Assembly: GCA_964016885.1 (NCBI GenBank)
Contig: OZ024742.1
Span: 68,014,001-68,078,000 of the forward strand
Source of the DNA: Eledone cirrhosa
Taxonomy: Eukaryota
DNA length: 64,000 nucleotides
Direction of reading: 5' to 3'
The notes beneath the pieces were generated by a model. That model saw nothing but the letters and a program-made list of their open reading frames with translations. It ran no database searches and had not been told where the DNA came from. How positions within the stretch are numbered: the stretch's first letter is position 1; the number at the start of each line of letters is the position of its first letter. Of this stretch, positions 44,156 to 58,324 are shown in pieces. A program made the translations under genes and the position numbers.

Positions 44156-44905
44156 AGGTCGGTGCAGTGGCAGTATCGGTAGAGCGTCGGACATCATGCT
44201 TTGCAACATAGAATTATAGCCATTCACGTACTGAGTTCAAATCCCGCCGAGGTTAGCTTTGCCTTTCATCCTTGCGGGGTCGATAAAATAAAGCACGAGT
44301 GATGCCGTGGGGTCGATTTAATCGACTTCCCCCCTCTCCCCAAAATTGCTGGCCTTGTGCCTATATAAGAAAACATTATTATTATATGAAGAAAAAAAGA
44401 TATTAATTGTAATTATGTGGATTGGCAGTATCGGTAGAGGGTCGGATGCCATGCTTTGCAGCACAGTTACGTCCCGTTAGGGACTGAGTTCAAATCGCGC
44501 CAGTAATACACTGGGATAATTGCTGGCCTTGTGCCAAAAGTAGAAACAATTATTATCAATAATAATACTTAATATAATTGTATATACTTTTGGCACAAGT
44601 GCATTACTGGTACTTTATTTTATCGACCCCGTAAGGATGAAAGGTAAAGTTAACCTCGGCAGGATTTGAACTCAGGGCGTAAAGGGCCATAATTCTATGC
44701 TTTGAAGCATGACGTCCAAACCTCTACTGATACTGCCAATCCACCGCCCTAAATCGTCGCTGTGTATGTTCTGACTTCAAATCCTGCCGAGGTTAACTTT
44801 GCCATTCATCCTTTCGGATTCGACAAAATAAAGGACCAGTCAAGTACTGAGGTCGATTTAATGGAATCTTGACCAAGCCCCCAAATCCCTGGCCTTGTAT
44901 CTAAA
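44156..44905. mobile_element. Cluster of four tRNA-derived SINE copies (+,+,-,+)
   Basis: Copies at ~44156-44385, 44417-44555, 44578-44749 (-) and 44752-44905, each with (G/C)TTCAAATC and family body. Confidence 0.8.
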
Positions 44906-46109
44906 GCATTATTGCTGGTGTTATTTTTGTTGCTGTGGTTTCTAAAGCTGTAGCGTCGAAGGAGATACTAACAATGAGTCGCCTCGATTTCTCATAGTTA
45001 TTTTCTTTGATAGAATTAAATCTCTAGGTCAAGCATTGGTGGAGATCGGACGTGAGGCATTTCATGTTTTATCAGTTTCTATCATTGGGGGGAGTCTGTG
45101 CTGCCTTTCGTGCGCAAAACTTCGTATTCTTTCTCTAAATATATATGGATTAGTGCGCGCAAAAATATAGGCAAAATAAAAATGGAAATGCACAGATGTG
45201 TATTTAAACAGCTGTTTTTCTTTAATCCAAGAAAAGAAATATTTCTCTATGTTACATCAAACGCTTTTAAATTTTATTAGGTATTACTGGTTTCGGTTGT
45301 TTATGTCAATCTTATGAAATAATAATTCATTTATATTAAAACATACTGTTCTCATATTTTGCAAATGGTTAAATATATGTGTATATTTTTTCAAAGTGTC
45401 TTATATATATATATCTGTTTTATGTAGTTGAGGTGCTGAGGGTGGAAGTGGGATACATCAGGACAGAATTCATTTGATTTAATAGAAAATTCAATTGATT
45501 CAAATAAATGATTCTATTTCTACTCAAAATAAAGTTCCAGGTCGTATTTTGATGTTTTGCGTGTATGTGTATGTGATTGTGTGGCGGAGAGTTTAATTGA
45601 GACAAAATTTAAATATTATTTTAGATTTTGTAGATACAAAACAGTACAGATACAGGAATAAAGAAAGTCCTTTGTTTGAATCAATTGAATTTTCTATTAA
45701 CGTGATTAAACCAAGGCTTGTTGAACCATGCTACCACCCATGCCACCACCACGACATAAAAATATACATAATGGGAGACTTGAAAGAAAGTATACATATG
45801 TGTAACAGCTCGCAAAAATGAGAAGACATTTTTTTAATGTAAATTAATTATTTCACAGGATTGACGTAACCAATCCAAAAACTTGAATGGATTTGATGTA
45901 CCGAATATAGAAATATTTCTTTTGTTGGATAAAAATTAAAAAAAGATGTTTTAAATACACTTTTGTGGTTATCCACTTTTAAATTTTGCGTAAAGCTTTA
46001 GATTTGTGTTTACAGTTAACACTCGCATTCCTGATTACCATAATTCGTTTTCACACACGTGCACACAGACATACTAACTCAATCACGCACAAAACAAATA
46101 TATATCAAA

Positions 46110-46820
<711 letters not shown>

Positions 46821-47162
46821 CATCATCATCATCATCATAACCGTTTTACGTCCGTTCTTCCACGCTAGCATGGGTTTGACGGGTTGTCCTGTTTTGGGCA
46901 GTGTCTGGTCGGCTGACCATGCCTTGCTCATACAAAACCAACCACGCATATCTTCACTATCTCTAATCCTTCTATAGATTTAGAAAAATAACCAATAATA
47001 TATTCTATAAAAAATGTCAAAACAACAGATGGGAATCTAATTACTCACTGCCACCAAGAATTCTCACTGCTATCGAAAAACCACTCCTTCAACTATTCTT
47101 CTAACAACTTCACCCCTCCCTCCTAATATTCTCTATAAAAACTAAATAGGTCCTCAGTAATA

Positions 47163-47279
47163 TTATTCTGATGAAATGACAGTAAATAATAACATTGAAA
47201 TATTGAATGTCTGCATAACTAAAAGTTTGTAGATAGCTGTTTTAGGTTATGTAACTGTTATAGAAACACGTGTCAATAA
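47163..47279 (+). ncRNA. Type I hammerhead ribozyme with long loop-II insertion
   Basis: TTATT-CTGATGA-AATGACAG-[~72 nt]-CTGTTATA-GAAA-CACGTG-TC^AATAA. Confidence 0.75.
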
Positions 47280-47426
47280 ATTCCTTTCAACTAAACTGTA
47301 TCCATTCAAATCTTTCTATTTTTCTCCGGATTACTTTTGGAACTACAACTGGAACCGTCGAGCAAACTCTACGTGAGCTGATAATCTACTGTGTGTAATA
47401 TTTATATTACAACACAACGGAAAATA

Positions 47427-47529
<103 letters not shown>

Positions 47530-47545
47530 GATATATATACATAGT

Positions 47546-47577
<32 letters not shown>

Positions 47578-47681
47578 CATAGATATATATACATAGTTAT
47601 ATATATATACATATATATATATATACACATATATACATATATATATTTATATATATATAATATAGATGATATATATAATAT

Positions 47682-47828
47682 AGATGAATCTCGTCTATAT
47701 TAAAACTTCTATGCTCTGCTATGTATTACTGTGGTTACCTCCGATTCAACCCGGAATAACTTACCTTATTTATATATATATATATTTATATATATATATA
47801 TGTGTGTGTATATATGTGTATATATATG

Positions 47829-47917
<89 letters not shown>

Positions 47918-48126
47918 ATATATATATATATACGTTATTCCGGGTTGAATCGGAGGTAACCACAGTAAGTAAGGTACTCAATACATTGCAGAGTATAAAA
48001 GTTTTAATATAGATCAGATTCTACAGGACTAGCACTGTTTCATTCTTTAGAAATCATGAGGAATCCCTGATGATTTCTAAAGAATGAAACAGTTCTAGTC
48101 CTGTAGAATCTCATCTATATTAAAAC

Positions 48127-48128
<2 letters not shown>
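47682..48128. mobile_element. Inverted HHR-tail cassettes; head-to-head HHR pair at 48016-48110
   Basis: (-) GATTC-CTCATGA-TTTCTAAAGAAT-GAAA-CAG..CTG-TA^GAATC and (+) CTGATGA-TTTCTAAAGAAT-GAAA-CAG..CTG-TA^GAATC. The tail GTGGTTACCTCCGATTCAACCCGGAATAAC is inverted around (TA)n. A homolog is at 54625-54742. Confidence 0.75.
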
Positions 48129-48163
<35 letters not shown>

Positions 48164-48838
48164 GTATATATATACTGGAGTGTGAGTGAGACTGATAGAC
48201 AGAGAGAAAGAGAGTAGGATCAAAAGGACAAAAAGAGATAAATGTGTGTGTAAATAAATCCCAACAATGAATGATATTCTCGAGCTATTTACAATTTGCC
48301 ATTGATTTAATGTGAAACTATACGATATTCCTAGCATAAAACCTTACAGTTACTTATTTTTAATGATGGAATATTTGAGCTGAAGAAAAGATCCATTTAT
48401 TTGATGTTAGATAACCTGGAGGATATATTTTCATTCTGATCAGTTCCATGCGTTTATTGTATACGAATTACGAACTAAACTAGCGTATTATTCTTAGCAA
48501 AGGCATCATTGTTTTTAATGGTTTAAATGTACACGAATGATCCCTTCTGGATTAGCAAATATATAGATACAACTAGGAATAGATAATTTGACGTGCATTA
48601 GAGTGTATGGGTATCATTAGAGAGCAATGTTTTGTACGGTGTGAGGTGTGTTTTTTGTATATTCGTGCATGTGTATGCGTATGTCATGTATGTATACGTA
48701 TCTACAGAAAGAGTAATCTGATGTGATCGATAATACTGCTTGATAAATTCCTAAACAATCAGATATGGTACACATGTATAGTATATAGTTTATATATTCT
48801 ACCACAAATAAGAGCATAATAAAAATATTAACTCACAT

Positions 48839-48877
<39 letters not shown>

Positions 48878-48966
48878 TGTTTCATACACACAATAATTGT
48901 TTCATATACACAATAATAATATATAGATAGATAAATAGATAGATAGATAGATAGATATATAGATAT

Positions 48967-49032
<66 letters not shown>

Positions 49033-50081
49033 TTAAAAGTTGATAAAACTACAGTAAGGCATTCAAATATCTATTTAAAGCTCGAATGTGGTTTACTTTA
49101 TATACAAAATAGCGAGAGATATTTCAAAGGTAAATCCAGTTGGCATACTTCCGGTCATTTAGATTTAAATCACAGAGCATATATCGTTAAAGCGAATGAA
49201 ACACGTGTAGATCAAATAAATAATGCATTAACTGTTTAACTTACTTCTTATATATATATATATACAAATTTCAGGTTATCAATAATGTAGTGATAATATA
49301 TCGTCACGTTAGAGATGAACAGCGTACGTGTAGATTTGCTCAACGAGTATAAATTATATTCCGGAGAAAATGTAGAAAAGATGAATATAAAATGAAAGTG
49401 CTTTTATAAAGGAATTTATTAGGTATTGACATATGTTTCTGTAACAGACGGAATACCTATGTATCGCTGCTTGCGTAATCATATAATGTTAGCAAGTATT
49501 CGATAGCAAATGTATAATCAGTTGTCACTTCTTCAGAGATATTGGATACATTGGGAAAAATCAGAAAAATTGAAGTATTTATATTAGTTGTAAGAAAGGA
49601 AGAGGAGAGGGGATAGTATATGACAGATGACAATTCAATTTACTGGTAAACAAGTATCTAAAAGGTTTCTAATGAGAATACAATGAGTATATGGTTAATT
49701 TTATCTAAATAAGAATTTTTGGGAGTGCCTATTTTAATCTATACTTGACCAATTGAACAATGGACAGGGCTGGTCGTTTGGTGTAGTAGTATTAATAGAT
49801 ATAAAGTGTCAATTAAGGAAGAGGGAGATTTTCACTGCTACCGAATAACAACAATGCTGGTAGCCTGCTGGTATATGCATTAGGGAATTGAATTAAGAAA
49901 TCTCATTTTATCTATAGTAGTTTATATTAAATGGTAAAGAATAGAAAAGTTGATAGAATTAAGACTAATAGAGAATGTTAATATGTATTTTGACAATCAA
50001 ACGGAGATGGAGACAGGCGTTCAATCCTGGTAGTGTTTATAATATGAAAATGTAGATTTCAAGCGATGGTCATAACGAACG

Positions 50082-50640
50082 GTGTATAAACGCCTTCCAA
50101 CACATAACAATACACGTAAAACATCGGCTATAACATCACAAAACAACAAACAACATCCCGTCCTACCTAAGCAACCTCATCAACCCATCCATGCCAATAC
50201 AACAACGCAAAATTATAACTGTAACTGTGTCCAACCAGGAATGTGTCCGTTGAACAATCAGTGTCTTGAACGCAACATCATATACAAATGTACTATCGAA
50301 TCGGATAGCCAGAAGTGGTACTATGTGGGGTCTACAGCTACCTCCTTCAAATCTCGCCTTTATAGACATCGTTACTCAATAAAACATGAAAACCAACGTT
50401 ATTTAACAACACTCGCAGACAAGGCTTGGCAGCTGCGCGAAAATAACCAACAATTTAACCTAAAATGGGATATAATAGCGCTGACCCTGCATATCACACG
50501 GACAGGAATTTTGTAAATTGTGTATTATGGAATTATTTTGTATTATGAAATCAAAAAATATTTTATTAAATAACAGAATAGAGCGATCCTTATACTGTAA
50601 CCATCGCTTGAAATCTACATTTTCATATTATAAACACTAC
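50082..50640 (+). pseudogene. PLE GIY-YIG endonuclease fragment, frameshifted near 50480
   Basis: CNCxxxxxCPLNNQC-LERNIIY..YVGST..FKSRLYRH, then CKLC..E..LN..CNH in the next frame; collinear with the C-terminus of the 737-aa ORF. Confidence 0.9.
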
Positions 50641-51112
50641 CAGGATTGAACGCCTGTCTCCATCTCCGTTTGATTGTCAAAAACATATTAACATTCTCTA
50701 TTAGTCTTAATTCTATCAACTCTTCTATTCTTTATCATTTAATATAAACTGCTATAGATAAAATGAGATTTCTTAATTCAATTCCCTAATGCATATACCA
50801 GCAGGCTACCAGCATTGTTGTTATTCGGTAGCAGTGAAAATCTCCCTCTTCCTTAATTGACACTTTATATCTATTAATACTACTACACCAAACGACCAGC
50901 CCTGTCCATTGTTCAATTGGTCAAGTATAGATTAAAATAGGCACTCCCAAAAATTCTTATTTAGATCAAATAAACCATATACTCATTGTATTCTCATTAG
51001 AAACCTTTACCAGTAAATTGAATTGCCATCTGTCTTATACTATCCCCTCTCCTCTTCCTTTCTTACAACTAATATAAATACTTCAATTTTTCTGATTTTT
51101 TCCAATGTATCC

Positions 51113-51233
51113 AATATCTCTGAAGAAGTGACAACTGATTATACATTTGCTATCGAATACTTGCTAACATTATATGATTACGCAAGCAGCGACACATTGG
51201 TATTCCGTCTGTTACAGAAACATATGTCAATAC
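51113..51233 (+). ncRNA. HHR-like motif with long loop II and weak stem I (mirror copy ~49423-49543 on -)
   Basis: CTGAAGA-AGTGACA-[~76 nt]-TGTTACA-GAAA-CATATG-TC^AATAC; same layout as 47163-47279. Confidence 0.5.
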
Positions 51234-51278
51234 CTAATAAATTCCTTTATAAAAGCACTTTCATTTTATATTCATCTT

Positions 51279-51348
<70 letters not shown>

Positions 51349-51981
51349 AAAAGGTATATATATATATATTTCTCACAACATGACATGGTATATTCAACTG
51401 AATGTTGCTTTTCCGATACAGTAGTACACATAATCACATATACGCATAAAACTAACTGTATGTAAATTAAATATAGTATATTTGTACTTCCGATTAAAAT
51501 GTATTTCTCTATCTTATACCAGTATCGAGTGCTAACTCTCCATATATTGTCTATCACCGTAATTTGATATATCTTTTTATGCATATATAGTTGCTTTATC
51601 GGTGGGAACTAGCACATAGTACATAGTACATAGGCTTAGGTTTAATTCCCAGGGTAGATTACCATCGTATCACATCGCTTGAGCGAAGGTTTCATATTGT
51701 CACAAGCATTTTGAGTAAAGATTGATAGATGGAATATATGAGTAGGCATCAATCATATATACATATATATATCTGTGTGCGTGTATATGCGTGCTTGTGT
51801 GTGGGGAGGGGGTGTTTGTGTGTGTGTGTGTATGTGTGTTTGGTGTGTGTGTGTATGTTGCATTGTCATTGTGTATTATATTGTGTTTGTTTATTCTCCT
51901 TAACTTAGAGGTTTCATGAAAACATTTCGATAACATAAGTACCAAGCTCGAAAGATATGTACTAAGTTCGATACTATGCAT

Positions 51982-53197
51982 TATGAGGGTCATCTGAAAA
52001 GTACATATGGTGACCATGTTACTCTCATTGCATGTGAGAAATTGGGGTTTATTTTTAAACATAGTGCCCCGTGTGGTTCACAAACTTCTTCCATCGGTCT
52101 TGCAGTGTTTGGATCCCATTGGTGAAAAAGCTTTCATACTGTTGGTCAATAAAGTCATCAACAGCAGATATGACGCCATTATCACTGCGATACTGATTCC
52201 CAGCAAAGTGTTATTCATGTTGGACAGCAAATCAGGAGAATATGGAAGGTGGTCAACCAGTTCAAAGCCACATCAGCTATTGAAACCAAGACGTTATGTA
52301 CTGTAAAATTGTCCTGAAGAAATAAAACCTCTTTCGTCAGTCTTCCTGGGCGTGTGGTCTTGATAGCCTTCCGTAACTGCCTCAGCAAGTTGGTATACTT
52401 CTTTCCACAGATAATGTGGCCCTTTTCAAAATAGTCAATAAACACAATGCCTTTTGCATCCCAAAAATACTGAGGTCATCAACTTCCCGGCAGATAACAC
52501 AACCTTGGCCTTATTTGAAGCAGGTGGGGAGGGCTTTTTCCACTGCATGGATTGCCTCTTTGTTTCTGGCTCAAAGGTATGAAACCAACACTCATCCTTG
52601 ATTAGGAAATGTTCAGGGAATCCAGCTGGATCTGCCTCAAACAATGACAGATTTTCAGCCTGGTGCGCTTTTGATAAGGTGTCAGAAAAGGTGACACAAG
52701 CCGTGCAGAGACCTTCGTCATGCCACGGTTAACGAGCAGAATATTCACAACTCTCTCACTGGATTTGCTGATAGCATGGGCTATTTAATTTATTGTCAGT
52801 CGCTTGTCACCCATCACCATGTGGTGAACACGATCAATGCTTTCCTCGGTGTTGTCAGTTCCAGGACGTCCAGGAACTGGGTCATCTTCATAACTCTCCC
52901 TTCCCCTCCTATTTTCAGTTGCCTTCTTTTACACTGTTGATAAAGCTGGAATCTCATCCCCTAATGTAGCAACCATGTCCGCATCAATGTCCTTGGTGGC
53001 CAAACCTTTTTACTGCACGATGCCAAAGTTCGTCAATATTCAAGAGAAGGCACTACTAGTCATTTTGAAGTCTTGTTTGAACAGTCAGATTATTTGGAAT
53101 AAAACAATGCGGTTATTAATAAGAAGATTTGAAATTATTGTGTGTAAGATTTCATAGCGCCAGCATCGATCCTGTGAACTTTTCAGCCACCCTCGTA
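51982..53197 (-). mobile_element. Decayed full-length mariner transposon
   Basis: TIRs TATGAGGGTCATCTGAAAAGT / ACTTTTCAGCCACCCTCGTA; ORF pieces DECWFHTFEPETKRQSMQW..SAGKLM and VLFLQDN. Confidence 0.9.
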
Positions 53198-53874
53198 AAT
53201 ACCCTCGTCTGCTGTCTAATGGCTGAAATCAGTATTGCTTTCTTTTTTCATTTTATTACTCTATAATTCTTATTTATCTCGTTTGGTAGCGAAGTAAGAT
53301 GAATTTAAGTGGATAAATTCAGAATGGAATAAGCAGCACTTATGCATTAAATACCAAATTGAACATCAAATACATTTTCCAGCAGGTTGACCGTTCAGCA
53401 AATGTATTTATTTATTTATTTGTTTTTTCAAAATGTCAAGAAGCCGGTGAACATGTATTTGCTCTTATCCAAATTGATGTTTATTTCCTGTCATTAACAG
53501 TGTTGTGTCATTTAATCATACACTAGCATCTTCCTTCTGATAGAAACTGATTTCTTCATTATTTCCTTCTTTAAGAAGAGAGACAATTAATACACAATGT
53601 TAAGTAAAAATGACAATCAAAATTAAATAGTATACACTGTATGGATATCCAACTATGTGTCTATCTGCATTTATACATCATGTATTCTATTATGCTGATT
53701 GTCTGCTAACGTCTTATCGTCATGTACATATCTATCTACACTGTAGACATGGCCGCCATCAAAACATATAATTATAAACACTAAAACACCATTTACAGCG
53801 TCTTTAAAACCACCTAGCGATCATGCTAATGGATATATTCTTATAATTTGTATGGATGTAGACATACTTGTTTG

Positions 53875-53982
<108 letters not shown>

Positions 53983-54492
53983 AACCTATGTATATGTGTA
54001 CGCATGTATGTACCTGTGTATATGAGTGTGCATGTATACATGTATGTATGAATGAATTCATTATGCATGTATGCCTGTATGTATTTATATTTGTATGTAT
54101 GTGTGTATATGTATTTATGTATGTCTGCATGAATATGCATGAAATCTTTCCCCCTATTTCATGGCACTCAATTAGAAGCATTGATATTCAGCCAATAATA
54201 TTTCTAACATGTTTCTTACATTCTAACTAGAAAAATAGTGAAATTTAAAATTGAAGTAGAAAGAAAAGATAAATCAAGTATAACAAAAATCATCAGCCGC
54301 AACAATAGCAACCCAAGCAAAGCGGGATGAATACGTAAAAATAAACATAGTGTGGTAGCTATTTGTTTGTACGGATGTAATCAATATGGGTTTACGGTAA
54401 TAAAGTGAAGGGAAGGCTTCATTTGTGACCAGCCAGGCTTAACAATCTATATTTACTAATGTATGTAGCTCTCTGTTTTCGGATGCTTAAAC

Positions 54493-54605
<113 letters not shown>

Positions 54606-54776
54606 AGTGCTATAGAGCTGTCTTTGAATGAAGCAGTTCTAGTCCTGTAGAAGACATTTCTATATTAAACATGGTGTTTACACTCTACTAATGTATTGAA
54701 TACTTTACCTACTTTAGTTACCTTCGATTGAACCCCGGACTCTCTTTCACACACACATATATATCAATAAATACAT

Positions 54777-54962
<186 letters not shown>

Positions 54963-55373
54963 ATATATATATATATTTATATATATATATGTGTGTGTAG
55001 AATTCTAGGAGAAGGAAAACTCTGATATAACACCTGCAACCCTGATGGTATCCAATGATGTTGACTTGTTCTTCTTTTTGGTAAATATCATCTTGGTTAA
55101 GAGAGTGGGACTGGCTCTGTGCAGTGCCTTTGCTCACTATAAAAGCTTCACGGCACAGGCATTGCTTTATATCTGGAGATCTCTCTGCACTTGTCATCAC
55201 ATGGTACCATGGGCCCAGCACTATGTGTCAATAATTGTCACAAGTGTAGTGTTTGTACCAGAGTTTTCAAGTCGCTGGCTGAACTAAAAAGTCACACTCG
55301 TTCAGCGCATGGGTAGGGGTTCTCCTACATGGATATAAAGTAGTGGCCGTACTCGAAAACGAGTTGGCAGCCA

Positions 55374-55538
<165 letters not shown>

Positions 55539-55658
55539 TATAGACATAGAATATTCGAAAATATTCTGTATGTTTATAATAAACATTTTGAAGACCTAAT
55601 CGCTATAGAATAGAATACGTCACGTATTACAATTAGATTCTCGATAAAAGCAAGGGAA

Positions 55659-55701
55659 GTAATCTACGCGTTTCATTCTTGTTAGAAATCATCAGGACTA
55701 C
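55659..55701 (-). ncRNA. Minimal type I hammerhead ribozyme (repeats at 55969, 56279, 56589, 56899, 57209)
   Basis: GTAGTC-CTGATGA-TTTCT-AACA-AGAAT-GAAA-CGCG-TA^GATTAC. Confidence 0.9.
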
Positions 55702-57541
55702 ATATCCAGTGCTTTTATCGAGAATGACACAGCTAGAGACTTATAGAATACTTAGCTGTGTACAGGAACTGGTTTGAAAGAGCGGTTGCCGGTCCGGCAG
55801 AAATTAGAAATTGGAATAAATGCTCTGAAATAGCGATATATATGTGAATATAGACATAGAATATTCGAAAATATTCTGTATGTTTATAATAAACATTTTG
55901 AAGACCTAATCGCTATAGAATAGAATACGTCACGTATTACAATTAGATTCTCGATAAAAGCAAGGGAAGTAATCTACGCGTTTCATTCTTGTTAGAAATC
56001 ATCAGGACTACATATCCAGTGCTTTTATCGAGAATGACACAGCTAGAGACTTATAGAATACTTAGCTGTGTACAGGAACTGGTTTGAAAGAGCGGTTGCC
56101 GGTCCGGCAGAAATTAGAAATTGGAATAAATGCTCTGAAATAGCGATATATATGTGAATATAGACATAGAATATTCGAAAATATTCTGTATGTTTATAAT
56201 AAACATTTTGAAGACCTAATCGCTATAGAATAGAATACGTCACGTATTACAATTAGATTCTCGATAAAAGCAAGGGAAGTAATCTACGCGTTTCATTCTT
56301 GTTAGAAATCATCAGGACTACATATACAGTGCTTTTATCGAGAATGACACAGCTAGAGACTTATAGAATACTTAGCTGTGTACAGGAACTGGTTTGAAAG
56401 AGCGGTTGCCGGTCCGGCAGAAATTAGAAATTGGAATAAATGCTCTGAAATAGCGATATATATGTGAATATAGACATAGAATATTCGAAAATATTCTGTA
56501 TGTTTATAATAAACATTTTGAAGACCTAATCGCTATAGAATAGAATACGTCACGTATTACAATTAGATTCTCGATAAAAGCAAGGGAAGTAATCTACGCG
56601 TTTCATTCTTGTTAGAAATCATCAGGACTACATATCCAGTGCTTTTATCGAGAATGACACAGCTAGAGACTTATAGAATACTTAGCTGTGTACAGGAACT
56701 GGTTTGAAAGAGCGGTTGCCGGTCCGGCAGAAATTAGAAATTGGAATAAATGCTCTGAAATAGCGATATATATGTGAATATAGACATAGAATATTCGAAA
56801 ATATTCTGTATGTTTATAATAAACATTTTGAAGACCTAATCGCTATAGAATAGAATACGTCACGTATTACAATTAGATTCTCGATAAAAGCAAGGGAAGT
56901 AATCTACGCGTTTCATTCTTGTTAGAAATCATCAGGACTACATATCCAGTGCTTTTATCGAGAATGACACAGCTAGAGACTTATAGAATACTTAGCTGTG
57001 TACAGGAACTGGTTTGAAAGAGCGGTTGCCGGTCCGGCAGAAATTAGAAATTGGAATAAATGCTCTGAAATAGCGATATATATGTGAATATAGACATAGA
57101 ATATTCGAAAATATTCTGTATGTTTATAATAAACATTTTGAAGACCTAATCGCTATAGAATAGAATACGTCACGTATTACAATTAGATTCTCGATAAAAG
57201 CAAGGGAAGTAATCTACGCGTTTCATTCTTGTTAGAAATCATCAGGACTAACAAGAATGAAACGCGTAGATTACTTCCCTTGCTTTTATCGAGAATCTAA
57301 TTGTAATACGTGACGTATTCTATTCTATAGCGATTAGGTCTTCAAAATGTTTATTATAAACATACAGAATATTTTCGAATATTCTATGTCTATATTCACA
57401 TATATATCGCTATTTCAGAGCATTTATTCCAATTTCTAATTTCTGCCGGACCGGCAACCGCTCTTTCAAACCAGTTCCTGTACACAGCTAAGTATTCTAT
57501 AAGTCTCTAGCTGTGTCATTCTCGATAAAAGCACTGGATAT

Positions 57542-57584
57542 GTAGTCCTGATGATTTCTAACAAGAATGAAACGCGTAGATTAC
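57542..57584 (+). ncRNA. Minimal type I hammerhead ribozyme (inverted part of array)
   Basis: GTAGTC-CTGATGA-TTTCT-AACA-AGAAT-GAAA-CGCG-TA^GATTAC, read directly on +. Confidence 0.9.
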
Positions 57585-58258
57585 TTCCCTTGCTTTTATC
57601 GAGAATCTAATTGTAATACGTGACGTATTCTATTCTATAGCGATTAGGTCTTCAAAATGTTTATTATAAACATACAGAATATTTTCGAATATTCTATGTC
57701 TATATTCACATATATATCGCTATTTCAGAGCATTTATTCCAATTTCATATATATATATATATATGTGTGTGTATATGTATGTATATAGCCCTGTCAATAA
57801 TTTATATACATTTCCGCTTATGTTTCAGCGAAAGAAAAATCACCTTCTTAAACTATAGCATGACATGCAAATGCGACACACGTGGAGGATGGTTAGATGA
57901 AGCGATGTCAATGATTGACGCTTGTTTATGCCAATAAAGTTTCTGCTTTGGACCACTAAGATTGACTGCAATCGTTTTATATTTTAAATCAGAGCTTTCC
58001 TTTACCTAGAATTATATGCCAATAAGGACCAGGCGTCTCGCATTCTAGGTGGGCTACCCCCACACACGGTCACATATACGAGTATTTCCATGTCACCAGG
58101 CATAAATATATATATATATATATATATATGGAAAGTTATATTTAAATTGTTGGGTTACAACTAGTAAATATTTATAACTGATATAAAAGCACTCGACAAG
58201 TATTTGGAGTATATTTACGATATTAAATAAATGGAGACTATATTTATAAAACCATATT

Positions 58259-58324
58259 TATTTCATTATATATATTTCAGGGATATCATATTAACAATAT
58301 GCTATGCCTTCCTCAGACAAAATA
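58259..58324 (-). ncRNA. Type I hammerhead ribozyme in 3' pLTR
   Basis: TATTTTGT-CTGAGGA-AGG..CCT-GAAA-TATATA-TA^ATGAAATA. Confidence 0.8.

Larger units (their letters stand above)
49265..51283 (+). mobile_element. 5'-truncated Naiad-like PLE with ~690-bp inverted pLTR
   Basis: Arms 49373-50070 / 50600-51283 are near-perfect reverse complements around a GIY-YIG fragment; (TA)n at both ends. Confidence 0.9.
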
